NCBI GenBank assembly: GCA_963977015.1
Contig: CAXBMO010000007.1
Span: 96,001-160,000, forward strand
Reading direction: 5' to 3'
DNA from: an uncultured bacterium
GTDB taxonomy: Bacteria; Verrucomicrobiota; Verrucomicrobiia; Verrucomicrobiales; DEV007
Length of the DNA: 64,000 nucleotides
Part shown: positions 10,223 through 19,282 of the stretch, piece after piece
Layout of the letters: every line of letters begins with the position of its first letter
Numbering within the stretch: position 1 is the stretch's first letter
Notes under the pieces: model-generated
What the model saw: only the letters and a program-made list of their open reading frames with translations
What the model was told of the DNA's origin: nothing
The model's database searches: none
Position numbers and translations under genes: made by a program

Positions 10223-10494
10223 GTAAAAAGCAAAACCAAGTTGGCTGGATAGAACGCCCAAGCGTAAGACGCGGGCTGCTTATTGCACTGTGGCTGATAA
10301 GTGCGGCGACGGTTCTGGCCAAATTCGCCGCCAAGTCCTCTCACCCGCCCAGTGACTCGGAAAAGTCGGCTTATTTCTATGCAATTTTGGGGTTTTCGGC
10401 CTGCGCGTTGATGATCTTTCTTTCCAAAGGCCTTGGGCTTTGGCTCAAGGTAAAACCTGACTATTACGAGCGCGGCTCATCCTCCAATGATTGA
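10219..10494 (+). CDS. Small two-TM protein inside the mrp operon
   Basis: Overlaps both neighbours; two hydrophobic segments; C-terminal PDYYE. Confidence 0.8.
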   Translation: MSKKQNQVGWIERPSVRRGLLIALWLISAATVLAKFAAKSSHPPSDSEKSAYFYAILGFSACALMIFLSKGLGLWLKVKPDYYERGSSSND

Positions 10495-12256
10495 TCTGCA
10501 CAATATCCCACCTGGGCTCATTTTGATTTTCGGGGCCTTGCTCGTCCCATTCCTTCCGGGAAAACTGAAGAATATCTGTACGATCATTCTCCCGTTGATT
10601 GCGTTCTCCCTCATCGCAAAACTTCCACTCCACGTTCCCACTTGCAGTTGGAACCTCTTCCCTGGATTGCCTGCCGTGGAGTGGCTCCGTGTCGACAAAC
10701 TCAGTAAAGCCTTTGGCTATATTTTCACCATCAACGCAGTCGCCGCGTTCATTTTCGCATTCTATCTTCGGAAATCGACGCAGCATGTTGCTGCTCTTAT
10801 TTATATTGGCGGTGCGCTTGGGACCGTCTTTGCCGGTGACCTGGTTTCTGCCTATGTGAACTGGGAAATCATGGCGATTGCCTCAACGTTCGTGATTCTC
10901 GCGAACCCAACGGCCAAAGCCAAGGGTGCGGCTCTTCGTTATGCCTATCTTCATATCTTTGGCGGACTTCTGTTTCTCGCCGGATTGATTCTTACGATCG
11001 GCTCAACGGGAAGCATCGCGTTTGATGGATTCAAGCCGCAGGAGGCGGACCTGGGGAGCTGGCTGATCCTGGCGGGTTTTCTCGTCAATGCAGCAGCGCC
11101 ACCGCTTCATGCCTGGCTCTCTGATGCCTATCCCGAGGCCAGTATATCCGGAGGCGTAATTCTCAGTGCTTACACCACCAAAACAGCAGTCTACACCCTT
11201 CTCCGCGGATACCCAGGTTGGGAAATCCTCGTTTGGATCGGCTGCATCATGACGGTTTACGGCGTGATTTACGCGCTTCTGGAAAATGATATCCGCCGGG
11301 TCTGGGCTTACTCCATTATCAGCCAGGTTGGTTTCATGGTTTGCGCTGCTGGAATTGGCACTCATGAAGCCATCAGTGGCGCAACGGCCCACGCCTTTTG
11401 CCACATTATTTACAAGTCCCTTCTCTGGATGTCTGCCGGTGCCATCATCTACCGCGTTGGTAAGAGTAAATACACCGAACTTGGCGGCCTCTACAAGAGT
11501 ATGCCCTGGACAGCGACCTGGGCGATTATCGGTGCCCTGGCGATGTCCGCGGTTCCCCTGACCAGTGGTTTTACCAGTAAATCGATTATCATTCACGCAA
11601 CCGAACACGAAGCGCATCTTCTCTGGGCTTGGTATGTTCTCGAAATCGCTTCCGCCGGATCGTTTTTTTACGCAGGCATTCGCTTTCCCTATTACATCAT
11701 CTTCGGCAAAGACGCCGGTCATCGCCCCAAGGAAGCCCCCTTCTCCATGCACCTTGCCATGGGCGTTCTCGCGTTCCTTTGCATCTTTCTGGGTTGCTAC
11801 CCAAAACCTCTTTACGACATCCTCCCGCACTCGATCGGCGAATACTCCGCTTACGGTCACGTTCTTTCTCAATTGCAACTCTTGGCCTTCGCCGCTCTCG
11901 CGTTTTTCGTGTTGAAGCCATTTCTCAAACAAACGGATACCATCTCTCTCGATACGGATTGGTTTTGGAGAAAGGGCGGACGCGGCTTTTATTGGCTGAT
12001 GGACAGGACTCTCAACGGCTTTAACAAGTTTGCTCACATCGCCTTCGTTGGAGTTTTGATTCCGCTCATTGATCGACTCGTAAATCTACTTCCTTCCTCA
12101 CTTGCATCCGGGCTGTTGGGGGCCGTTGTGGATCTCGAGGGGGATCCCAAAACTCGGCGTGCAGCGCTCGAAAAAATGACTCGCAAGGGAGCTCTACCAA
12201 TTGGAGTCACGGCCTGTTTCGGTGTCTTTGCCTTGGCGTTGCTCCTCCTCTTTTAG
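10487..12256 (+). CDS. Mrp/Mnh antiporter subunit D-family (copy 3, long C-terminus)
   Basis: WEIMAIAS, PLHAWLSDAYPEAS, SAYTTKTAVY, DTDWFWR. Confidence 0.9.
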   Translation: MIDLHNIPPGLILIFGALLVPFLPGKLKNICTIILPLIAFSLIAKLPLHVPTCSWNLFPGLPAVEWLRVDKLSKAFGYIFTINAVAAFIFAFYLRKSTQHVAALIYIGGALGTVFAGDLVSAYVNWEIMAIASTFVILANPTAKAKGAALRYAYLHIFGGLLFLAGLILTIGSTGSIAFDGFKPQEADLGSWLILAGFLVNAAAPPLHAWLSDAYPEASISGGVILSAYTTKTAVYTLLRGYPGWEILVWIGCIMTVYGVIYALLENDIRRVWAYSIISQVGFMVCAAGIGTHEAISGATAHAFCHIIYKSLLWMSAGAIIYRVGKSKYTELGGLYKSMPWTATWAIIGALAMSAVPLTSGFTSKSIIIHATEHEAHLLWAWYVLEIASAGSFFYAGIRFPYYIIFGKDAGHRPKEAPFSMHLAMGVLAFLCIFLGCYPKPLYDILPHSIGEYSAYGHVLSQLQLLAFAALAFFVLKPFLKQTDTISLDTDWFWRKGGRGFYWLMDRTLNGFNKFAHIAFVGVLIPLIDRLVNLLPSSLASGLLGAVVDLEGDPKTRRAALEKMTRKGALPIGVTACFGVFALALLLLF

Positions 12257-12260
12257 AACC

Positions 12261-12866
12261 ATGTTTACGGGAATCGTCGAACGGACGGCAATTGTCTCCA
12301 AACTGACACCGGTTGAAACGGGGGCGCAGCTCGAACTCGACCTATCAGCGATCTGCCATGAACTGGAACTCGGTGAAAGCATCGCGGTAAATGGCTGCTG
12401 TTTAACAGTCGCCAGCCTCGAAAACAACGGCATCGTGGTTTTCGATCTGCTGGCGGAAACGCTTCGCCTTACAAACTTGGGAAGCCTTAAGGAAGGCGAC
12501 ATCGTCAACATCGAGCGAGCACTTCTCGCCAATGCCAGACTCAGCGGGCACTTTGTCCAAGGCCACGTCGATGCCTGCGCAAAGCTGCTTGAACTCAACC
12601 AAGTCGGTCAAGACCACGAACTGGTCATCGAGCTCCCGGCTTGGTTTTCTCGTTATACGATCTTGAAGGGATCCATCTGTGTGGACGGGATGAGTCTCAC
12701 CATTGCCGAGCTCAACGACTCTCGGTTTAAAATTTGGATCACTCCCCACACCTTTAAGGTCACCAACCTCCAGAATCGAAAGATCGGCGATCTCATCAAT
12801 CTGGAATTCGATGTCCTGGCAAAGTACCTGGAGAAACTGGGATCCACCACTCCTTCCGCCTCATAG
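12261..12866 (+). CDS. ribE: Riboflavin synthase (alpha chain)
   Basis: MFTGIV start, SIAVNGCCLTV, GHFVQGHVD, NLEFDVLAKY. Confidence 0.95.
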   Translation: MFTGIVERTAIVSKLTPVETGAQLELDLSAICHELELGESIAVNGCCLTVASLENNGIVVFDLLAETLRLTNLGSLKEGDIVNIERALLANARLSGHFVQGHVDACAKLLELNQVGQDHELVIELPAWFSRYTILKGSICVDGMSLTIAELNDSRFKIWITPHTFKVTNLQNRKIGDLINLEFDVLAKYLEKLGSTTPSAS

Positions 12867-12875
12867 TCGCCTTTG

Positions 12876-14396
12876 TTAGGCGGCGATCGTTCCAGCATCG
12901 ACATCCAGAGCATCGGCCGCGATCCAACCAGACATCAAGACCATGGGCATTCCCGGCCCGGGATGAGCCGCACCGCCACAGAGATAAAGCCCGTCGAGTT
13001 CATTGCGCCGGTTACCGGGTTTAAAGGCCCCATTGAACGTTCCATGACTGGCGAGACCATAAATGGCGCCTTTCAACACATGGTATCGATCATTGATATC
13101 TTGTGGCGTTAGTGCGGATTCGGTGACGATTCGGTCCTCGATATCTTCCAATCCCGCGCACGTTTTCAGCTTGTCGAGAATGACTTGGCGATACCCCGGA
13201 AGCATTTCGCTCCAGTTCTGGCCGTCTCGCAGATAGGGAGTATGCACCAGGACATAGAGTGCTTCACCGCCCGCGGGAGCAACTCCCGGTTCTGTAACCG
13301 CAGGGGCGCACACATAACACGTCGGGTCGGGTGCGGGAATGCCCTGGTCATAGATTGCGTTAAACTCCTCATGTGGATCGCGGGAGAATACGAAGTTATG
13401 ATGGAGCAGGTTTTCGTAGCGCTCTTTCAAACCCAGGTAAAGAACGACGCCGGAACAGGCCGGCTCGTACCCTCGCTTACTCGCAAAGGAATTTGCAGGA
13501 GCACTTCCAATGAGTTCTTCAAAGGTGCGAACACTGTCGCAATTCGAAACCACCGTATTGAATTCGTGCTTGGTTCCATCCTCAGTCTGCACCCCCAAGA
13601 CCCGGGAGTGGTCATGAATGATGGTCTCCACCTTGGTACTGGTGCGAAACTCGACTCCCAACTCGGTCCCCAGCCTTTCCAAAGCCAACGGAACGGCACG
13701 AGTTCCTCCCTCGGGATACCAAACCCCTTCGCTCGTCTGCATGTGGGCGATGCCGCACAGAATTGCCGGTGACGCATCCGGAGAGCTCCCCACATATTGC
13801 GTGAAGTGGTCGATCATCTGGGCGGCACGCTCATCGCTGATGTAAGAGCGAACTGACGCTGCCACTGAGGTACCCATCTTCATTTTCAAGACATCCCGCA
13901 GCAACTTTCGATCCATCAATCCGGAAGCACTGAAGATATCCTTGATGCCGTCGACCGACTTCCAGAAGAAAAAGTTTTCAGAGATCTGATGAAGATCTTG
14001 GGACCAGTCAATGAACTCACGATATCTTCCCGCTGCCTTGGGGTCTCCCGAAAACGACCCTAGCGTTTTCGCCATCTCCGAAACGTTTTTTTCAAGATCC
14101 AGGATACCGCCATCCTCAAAGAAACATCTCCACTGCGGGTCCAGCTCAATCAGATTCAGGTAATCATCGACCTTTTTGCCGGCCTCGGAAAAGATGCGAT
14201 GAAGGACACTCGGCACAGTCAAGATCGTCGGTCCCATATCAAACCGGTAACCATCCTGCTCCAAGATTGCGGCCTTCCCGCCGACCCATGAATTACGCTC
14301 GAAAAGGGTAACGTTGTGGCCACGAGCAGCCAGAGTACAGGCTGCGGCAAGACCTCCCAGGCCTCCTCCGATGACGACGGTTCTATCAAGATTCAT
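12876..14396 (-). CDS. crtP: Phytoene desaturase-family FAD enzyme, probably CrtP/CrtNb-type diapocarotenoid oxidase
   Basis: GGGLGG FAD motif, FDMGPT, AHPGPGMPMVLMSG; subfamily inferred from context. Confidence 0.75.
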   Translation of the reverse strand: MNLDRTVVIGGGLGGLAAACTLAARGHNVTLFERNSWVGGKAAILEQDGYRFDMGPTILTVPSVLHRIFSEAGKKVDDYLNLIELDPQWRCFFEDGGILDLEKNVSEMAKTLGSFSGDPKAAGRYREFIDWSQDLHQISENFFFWKSVDGIKDIFSASGLMDRKLLRDVLKMKMGTSVAASVRSYISDERAAQMIDHFTQYVGSSPDASPAILCGIAHMQTSEGVWYPEGGTRAVPLALERLGTELGVEFRTSTKVETIIHDHSRVLGVQTEDGTKHEFNTVVSNCDSVRTFEELIGSAPANSFASKRGYEPACSGVVLYLGLKERYENLLHHNFVFSRDPHEEFNAIYDQGIPAPDPTCYVCAPAVTEPGVAPAGGEALYVLVHTPYLRDGQNWSEMLPGYRQVILDKLKTCAGLEDIEDRIVTESALTPQDINDRYHVLKGAIYGLASHGTFNGAFKPGNRRNELDGLYLCGGAAHPGPGMPMVLMSGWIAADALDVDAGTIAA

Positions 14397-14467
14397 TGGT
14401 ATTGAGAATTAGATACTACAGGTTGTTTTGAGACTCCAGTCAGGGGGGCGACCTCGCCGTTCATCCA

Positions 14468-15919
14468 TTAAGAAGCTCGCTGAAGGATGAGTTTTATGGC
14501 GCCCAGCAATCCGCGAATGCGATCGGAGAATTTTCGACTGTGGCCCATACGAACAAATTGAAGAAACAGTTGGTGGTCGGTTGGATGTTCCGCTTCCAGA
14601 TGCGGAGCCCAGGAATTTGAGCGGCGCTCAATCACGACCCGAGGTGTCGTGAATTCCAACAACCCTTCTTTGCCACGGGTCACGCCAAACCCACTGGTTC
14701 GACGTCCGCCAAAGGGTAAACGGGGATCCGCCGTCGGGGCAATCACGTCATTGATGGTTACGACTCCAGCGATAATATCCCTTTGCAGTCGATCCGCCGC
14801 GGCAACATCCTCTGAAAAAATGGAGACGCCGAGTGCGAAGCCGGACTCTCCGAGTAGGTCCAGAGCCTCTTCGTCGGAATCGACGATTTGCAACGCGGCA
14901 ACGGCTGCGAAATGATCCCCCAACCAAAGTGGTGAATCGCTAGGAACGGCATTGAGCAGCATCGGAAGGCGGGATTCTGCAGGAATGTAGTTTCCAGATA
15001 TAACTTTCGCGTTTGCCTCAATCGCAGACTTGATCACCGTTTCAAGTTTCCCCGCCAGACCGGCTTCGAACGCCGTCGATTTCAGACGTTCCGTCAAACT
15101 CTCCAGGACCTTCGGATAGATCTTCCGGTGAACAAAAATTCTTCGCGGAGCGATGCAGGTTTTACCGCGATTGACACTCAACCCAAAGCTAACCGCCTTG
15201 GCCACTCGCCCCGCATCCGCGTCAGCCCGAACAATCATCGCATCCATTCCTGACAACTCCATCGTGGCAGGAATGAGATGGGGCGCACAAGCGGACAAAA
15301 CCGAGCGTCCGGTCTCGCTGCCACCAGTCAAAAGGACTTTATCGACTCCACTTTTTAAGGCTTCGTCAGCGGCTTGAACACGTTCAGGAAGAATTTGCAA
15401 TAGGTTAGGAGGAAATCCGGCTTCCTCCATCCAACGTCCAAGGATTTGCGCTGGGCCGGAACAATTTGGAGCCGGTTTGAAGAGGACCGTATTCCCTGCA
15501 ACGGCGGCCTGAATCACTTGGGTTGCGCCGAGAAAAAAGGGATAATTGGATGGTGCCAAAATCAACACCACTCCCCACGGGGCTCTTTCGACCCGGCTCC
15601 GGGCGGCCCCGAGCCACCGTGGGCGCCCTCTGCCAGAAAGCTTTCTTGGCCGAAGAATCCGCGCCGCGTTGGCCTCCAAAAATTGACAGGCAGCAAAGAA
15701 CGGAAGCATTTCCGTAGCAACGATTTCAGCTTCCGAGACCGACCGGATCCGCTTGATTTCTTCGACGAGTTTCTCAACGGACTCTGTGGCCAGAAAACGC
15801 AGTTCCCGCAATTTTGCGGCACGATCCCCAACGGATTGAGAAGCCCACTTTTTCTGAGCGATTCGCGCCTCAGCGATGGCCTCCCCGATCAGCGAATCGA
15901 CTGGGGTATCATCAACCAT
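14468..15919 (-). CDS. Aldehyde dehydrogenase, probably diapocarotenoid-aldehyde dehydrogenase (AldH/CrtNc-like)
   Basis: PWGVVLILAPSNYP, TMELSG, GKTCIAP, LPFGG...SGFG; lies between two crt desaturases; ATG 15919 is 1 nt after the upstream stop. Confidence 0.82.
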   Translation of the reverse strand: MVDDTPVDSLIGEAIAEARIAQKKWASQSVGDRAAKLRELRFLATESVEKLVEEIKRIRSVSEAEIVATEMLPFFAACQFLEANAARILRPRKLSGRGRPRWLGAARSRVERAPWGVVLILAPSNYPFFLGATQVIQAAVAGNTVLFKPAPNCSGPAQILGRWMEEAGFPPNLLQILPERVQAADEALKSGVDKVLLTGGSETGRSVLSACAPHLIPATMELSGMDAMIVRADADAGRVAKAVSFGLSVNRGKTCIAPRRIFVHRKIYPKVLESLTERLKSTAFEAGLAGKLETVIKSAIEANAKVISGNYIPAESRLPMLLNAVPSDSPLWLGDHFAAVAALQIVDSDEEALDLLGESGFALGVSIFSEDVAAADRLQRDIIAGVVTINDVIAPTADPRLPFGGRRTSGFGVTRGKEGLLEFTTPRVVIERRSNSWAPHLEAEHPTDHQLFLQFVRMGHSRKFSDRIRGLLGAIKLILQRAS

Positions 15920-15920
15920 T

Positions 15921-17447
15921 TCAGGCAGCCGCGGGTTCGAGAGCCGGTGAACCCGATGGTTCACGGCGTGACACACCAAAATCATTAAACATCAAATCCG
16001 TTGTGATCCGAGCGCTCTCAAAGATAACGGGCAGCCCGCTTCCTGGATGGGTTCCTCCACCGACCAGATAAACGCCGTCAAGATCCTCAAAACGGTTCCG
16101 AGGCCTGAAATGAAGCATCTGATTGAGGCTGTGGGCCAAATTGAACGTTGCCCCAAGATGAATGTTGTATTGTGAGTCCCAATCGTCGGGAGTCACAACT
16201 CTCTCGTAGTTGATCCGTTCCTCAGCCACATCAAAACCGGCTTTGCGGATTTCCTGCATGACGCGATCGCGAAATGGCCTGCTTTCCTTATTCCAATCGA
16301 TATTTTTCGTCTGGTGTGGCACCGGAACCAGGACGTAGAGAGCTGAATGCCCCTTGGGCGCCAACGTAGGGTCAGTGACGCCAGCGTTTTGAACGTAGAA
16401 ACTTGGGTTCTTGCTCAAAACGAGCCTCTTTTCAATGTCCTTGAGGTTTCCTTCGTAGTCCTCGGAAATGTAGATGTTATGGTGAGGCAAATCGTATTCC
16501 CCCTCCACCCCGAGGTAGATCATGTAGGTCGAACAGCTAAACTGCTTTTTCCCGATCTTCCGGTTGGTCCAACGACGGCGAAGATTATCGGGGACCAGAC
16601 TGGTCATTGCGCGAGCAAAATCTGCATTCACAACGATGGAATCACAGTCATATTTCGCTTTGGAGGTTTGAACTGCGGTGACTCGTCGACCATTGAATTC
16701 CAAGCTCTCAACCGGCTCATCCAAGTGGATCTCAACTCCCAACTCTCCCGCGATCCTTGCCATTGCCTGGGAGATGGCGCCACAACCTCCGATCGGATGG
16801 TAAACCCCGTGCTCATATTCCAAAAACGACAGAATGGAAAAAAGACTGGGACAACGGAATGGGGACATTCCCAGATATTTCGACTGAAAACAGAAGGCCA
16901 GGCGAACGCGAGGATCGGAGAAAAATTTCTTCAGGTACGCATCGACCGACTGATGCGGGCGTAACATCGGCAACACACTAACCAATTCCTTTTGGAGCAA
17001 GTCGCTCCAACCCTGAAATGCCGACTGGAGAGCCGGAGTGAATCGCTTGAGCTTCTCGCGATTCTCGTCCATAAACCGGGAAAACCCACCTGCATCCGAG
17101 GGGCAAATCCCAGCGATCTGCCGCTCCATTTCCGCAATTTCCGGTGTTGCATCAATGTGGCCGCCCGCTCCAAACAGAATCCGATATTGAGGATCCAACC
17201 TGCGCATTTCGACCTCTTTGCGCAGGTTGTAGCCGACGTCCGCAAAAATTTCCTCGAGGATTTGCGGATACAGGAAAAAGGTCGGGCCCAGATCGAACTT
17301 GTAACCTTGATCTCCGAAAGTCGAAGTGCGCCCGCCAACGAATCCCTGACGTTCGACCACCCTTACCTGAAAGCCCCGCGAAGCGAGGAGCATCGCAGCG
17401 GACAACCCACCAGGCCCGGCGCCGACGATGACAATTGATTTAGACAT
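15921..17447 (-). CDS. crtN: Phytoene desaturase family, probably CrtN-type 4,4'-diapophytoene desaturase
   Basis: GAGPGG, FDLGPTF, FQSKYLGMSP, GGTHPGSGLPVIFESA. Confidence 0.8.
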   Translation of the reverse strand: MSKSIVIVGAGPGGLSAAMLLASRGFQVRVVERQGFVGGRTSTFGDQGYKFDLGPTFFLYPQILEEIFADVGYNLRKEVEMRRLDPQYRILFGAGGHIDATPEIAEMERQIAGICPSDAGGFSRFMDENREKLKRFTPALQSAFQGWSDLLQKELVSVLPMLRPHQSVDAYLKKFFSDPRVRLAFCFQSKYLGMSPFRCPSLFSILSFLEYEHGVYHPIGGCGAISQAMARIAGELGVEIHLDEPVESLEFNGRRVTAVQTSKAKYDCDSIVVNADFARAMTSLVPDNLRRRWTNRKIGKKQFSCSTYMIYLGVEGEYDLPHHNIYISEDYEGNLKDIEKRLVLSKNPSFYVQNAGVTDPTLAPKGHSALYVLVPVPHQTKNIDWNKESRPFRDRVMQEIRKAGFDVAEERINYERVVTPDDWDSQYNIHLGATFNLAHSLNQMLHFRPRNRFEDLDGVYLVGGGTHPGSGLPVIFESARITTDLMFNDFGVSRREPSGSPALEPAAA

Positions 17448-17523
17448 AAAAGGAGCCGGTCGTTGAGGTTGTGAGTTGGGGTCCCGCCCCTCTATCTATT
17501 CTCATTCCAATGCAAGGTCCAGA

Positions 17524-18495
17524 CTAGATTTGGATTCCTTCAGCCTCGATCACACGCTCGAGAGCCTGTTCAATGGAAGCTCGTGACGACGCGGTGGACT
17601 CGTGGAGATAGGCATGAAGTTGGGCATCCTCTGGACTTCGATTCTCACATTCGGCGCAATAAGCTTCGAATGCGGTTAGGCTGAAAAGTAGACTCGCTAG
17701 ATGCTGGGGACATTCACACTGAATGGAAGAGGAGACCTTGATCACCTTGGCGAGTTGTTGATCCGTAAACTTTCGAATTGGAATCGCAACGCCATCCGGA
17801 ACGACTTGAACGGGATAGTTTGTTGAAGGCTTTGAGAGTTGGACATCTGCGAGACAGGCCAACCGCAACTCCTCAGCGTTGACGGGACCACGGATGGCGG
17901 TAATCCCAGGTTTTCGGTGAAGGCTGTTCAATGTGATCGATTGAGCAAAGCCGTAAATCAGGATCACCCGCCGGGCACCGATGGAGTCCGAGAGCGTCTG
18001 AACCGCAGCCAAGGTATCGGGAAATACGGTTGGGCAACTGACCACCGCGATGTCCGCAACCATCGCCGGATCTGAGATCTTCACCTGCTCCAGGGTTGCA
18101 AACTGCGCCACGATTTCGAAATCCTCCAGTTTCCCGGAGTGGGATGCAAAGAGTGATTGAGCTGAAGATCCCACCACGACAACGCGGCAGACCTCCATCT
18201 CAACTTCCCCGAGGCGCGCGGCCTGGCCTATCCGATCATTGCGGAGGCGCTCCTCCAATTGCCCGGTGTCGAGCGGTGCGATCGTCCCAATTGAATGCCC
18301 GGCATCAGCGAGAGATTTCAAAAGCGTCAGGCGTCGAATGTCGGACCGGACATAAAACCGGCGGTTATTTTCCGACCTCTGCGGCTCGACGACTTGGTAG
18401 CGACTTTCCCAGGCCCGGATACAGTGCACCGTCAGTCCGGTTAGCCGAGCAACCGTGCCGATCTGAAACTGTTCTTCCTCATTGGGGTCACTCAT
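17524..18495 (-). CDS. MerR-family regulator (CarA/CarH/LitR-like HTH) with Cys/His-rich C-terminal domain
   Basis: IGTVARLTGLTVHCIRAWESRY...PQRS...RRFY; C-terminal CECPQH and YCAEC...LH. Confidence 0.85.
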   Translation of the reverse strand: MSDPNEEEQFQIGTVARLTGLTVHCIRAWESRYQVVEPQRSENNRRFYVRSDIRRLTLLKSLADAGHSIGTIAPLDTGQLEERLRNDRIGQAARLGEVEMEVCRVVVVGSSAQSLFASHSGKLEDFEIVAQFATLEQVKISDPAMVADIAVVSCPTVFPDTLAAVQTLSDSIGARRVILIYGFAQSITLNSLHRKPGITAIRGPVNAEELRLACLADVQLSKPSTNYPVQVVPDGVAIPIRKFTDQQLAKVIKVSSSIQCECPQHLASLLFSLTAFEAYCAECENRSPEDAQLHAYLHESTASSRASIEQALERVIEAEGIQI

Positions 18496-18530
18496 CGCGT
18501 TCGTGGGATTTATTTAACCCTGCCTTAAGA

Positions 18531-19127
18531 TCAATCCTCGTCAACGAGCTCTGGCACCATTGTCCGCAGCTTGATGATTCCTCTGCGAATCCGAGCCTTC
18601 ACCGTTCCCAATGGCGTTCGAAGCCGTTCAGCAGCCTGACTTTGGGAGTATCCTGAGAAGTAGGTCATCTCAATTGCCTCCCGCTGCTCCAAACTCAGCT
18701 TCATGACCGCACTGCGCAGAACCTGCGCTTCCTCATCCTGTGCCACGTTTCTCAAGACATCCTGCTTCTCACGTATCATTTCGGGCTGAACCTCATCTTC
18801 GAGTTCGTCGCGGAGTTGGGCGCGACGCTGCTTGGATCGGAGACGATCGATTGCACGATTCCGTGCCATGGTCGCAAGCCACGTCTTCGGATTCCCGCGC
18901 TTGGAGTCAAACAACTGGGCCTTCCTCCAAAGATTGGTGAAGACCTCCTGGGCCACGTCCTCTGCGTCGTATCGATCGTTCAAAACACGGTAAGCGGTTC
19001 CGACGACGAGATTAAAAAGCTCTTTGTGAAGGATTTCGAACTGGTCGCGATCTCCCCGAGCGATTCCCTGCATTGCCACTTCAAGGTTAACGCCGGGGCC
19101 CTCATCTAGGTTTTGTGTAGCTTTCAT
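18531..19127 (-). CDS. ECF RNA polymerase sigma factor
   Basis: DAEDVAQEVF...W, TWLATMARNRAIDRLR, PLGTVKARIRRG. Confidence 0.92.
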   Translation of the reverse strand: MKATQNLDEGPGVNLEVAMQGIARGDRDQFEILHKELFNLVVGTAYRVLNDRYDAEDVAQEVFTNLWRKAQLFDSKRGNPKTWLATMARNRAIDRLRSKQRRAQLRDELEDEVQPEMIREKQDVLRNVAQDEEAQVLRSAVMKLSLEQREAIEMTYFSGYSQSQAAERLRTPLGTVKARIRRGIIKLRTMVPELVDED

Positions 19128-19158
19128 GATAATGATTGTTAAACATCAAACGACTCCA

Positions 19159-19189
19159 TGTCTAGCTTTTTCTAGACACTGTCTACACA
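19159..19189. promoter_or_regulatory. Candidate operator upstream of the sigma-MerR-crt unit
   Basis: Inverted repeat TGTCTAG-N6-CTAGACA (19159-19178), overlapping TAGACA-c-TGTCTA, and TAGACA/TACACA 11 bp apart (19173, 19184). Confidence 0.55.
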
Positions 19190-19282
19190 TTCTTCTTTTT
19201 CTGAATTTGAGAGGTTTCCATGTTTATCACGATTGACCGCCCTGCGGGTTTGACAGCAACGGGTCCATCACCACACTTCCTC

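Noticed and set aside
4594-12256. Membrane-bound hydrogenase or complex I locus
   Set aside because: No NiFe, Fe-S or NuoH-like subunits present
17441-17447. TAGACA at the crtN start as a second operator copy
   Set aside because: It is the reverse complement of the first codons (ATGTCTA) and has no phased partner
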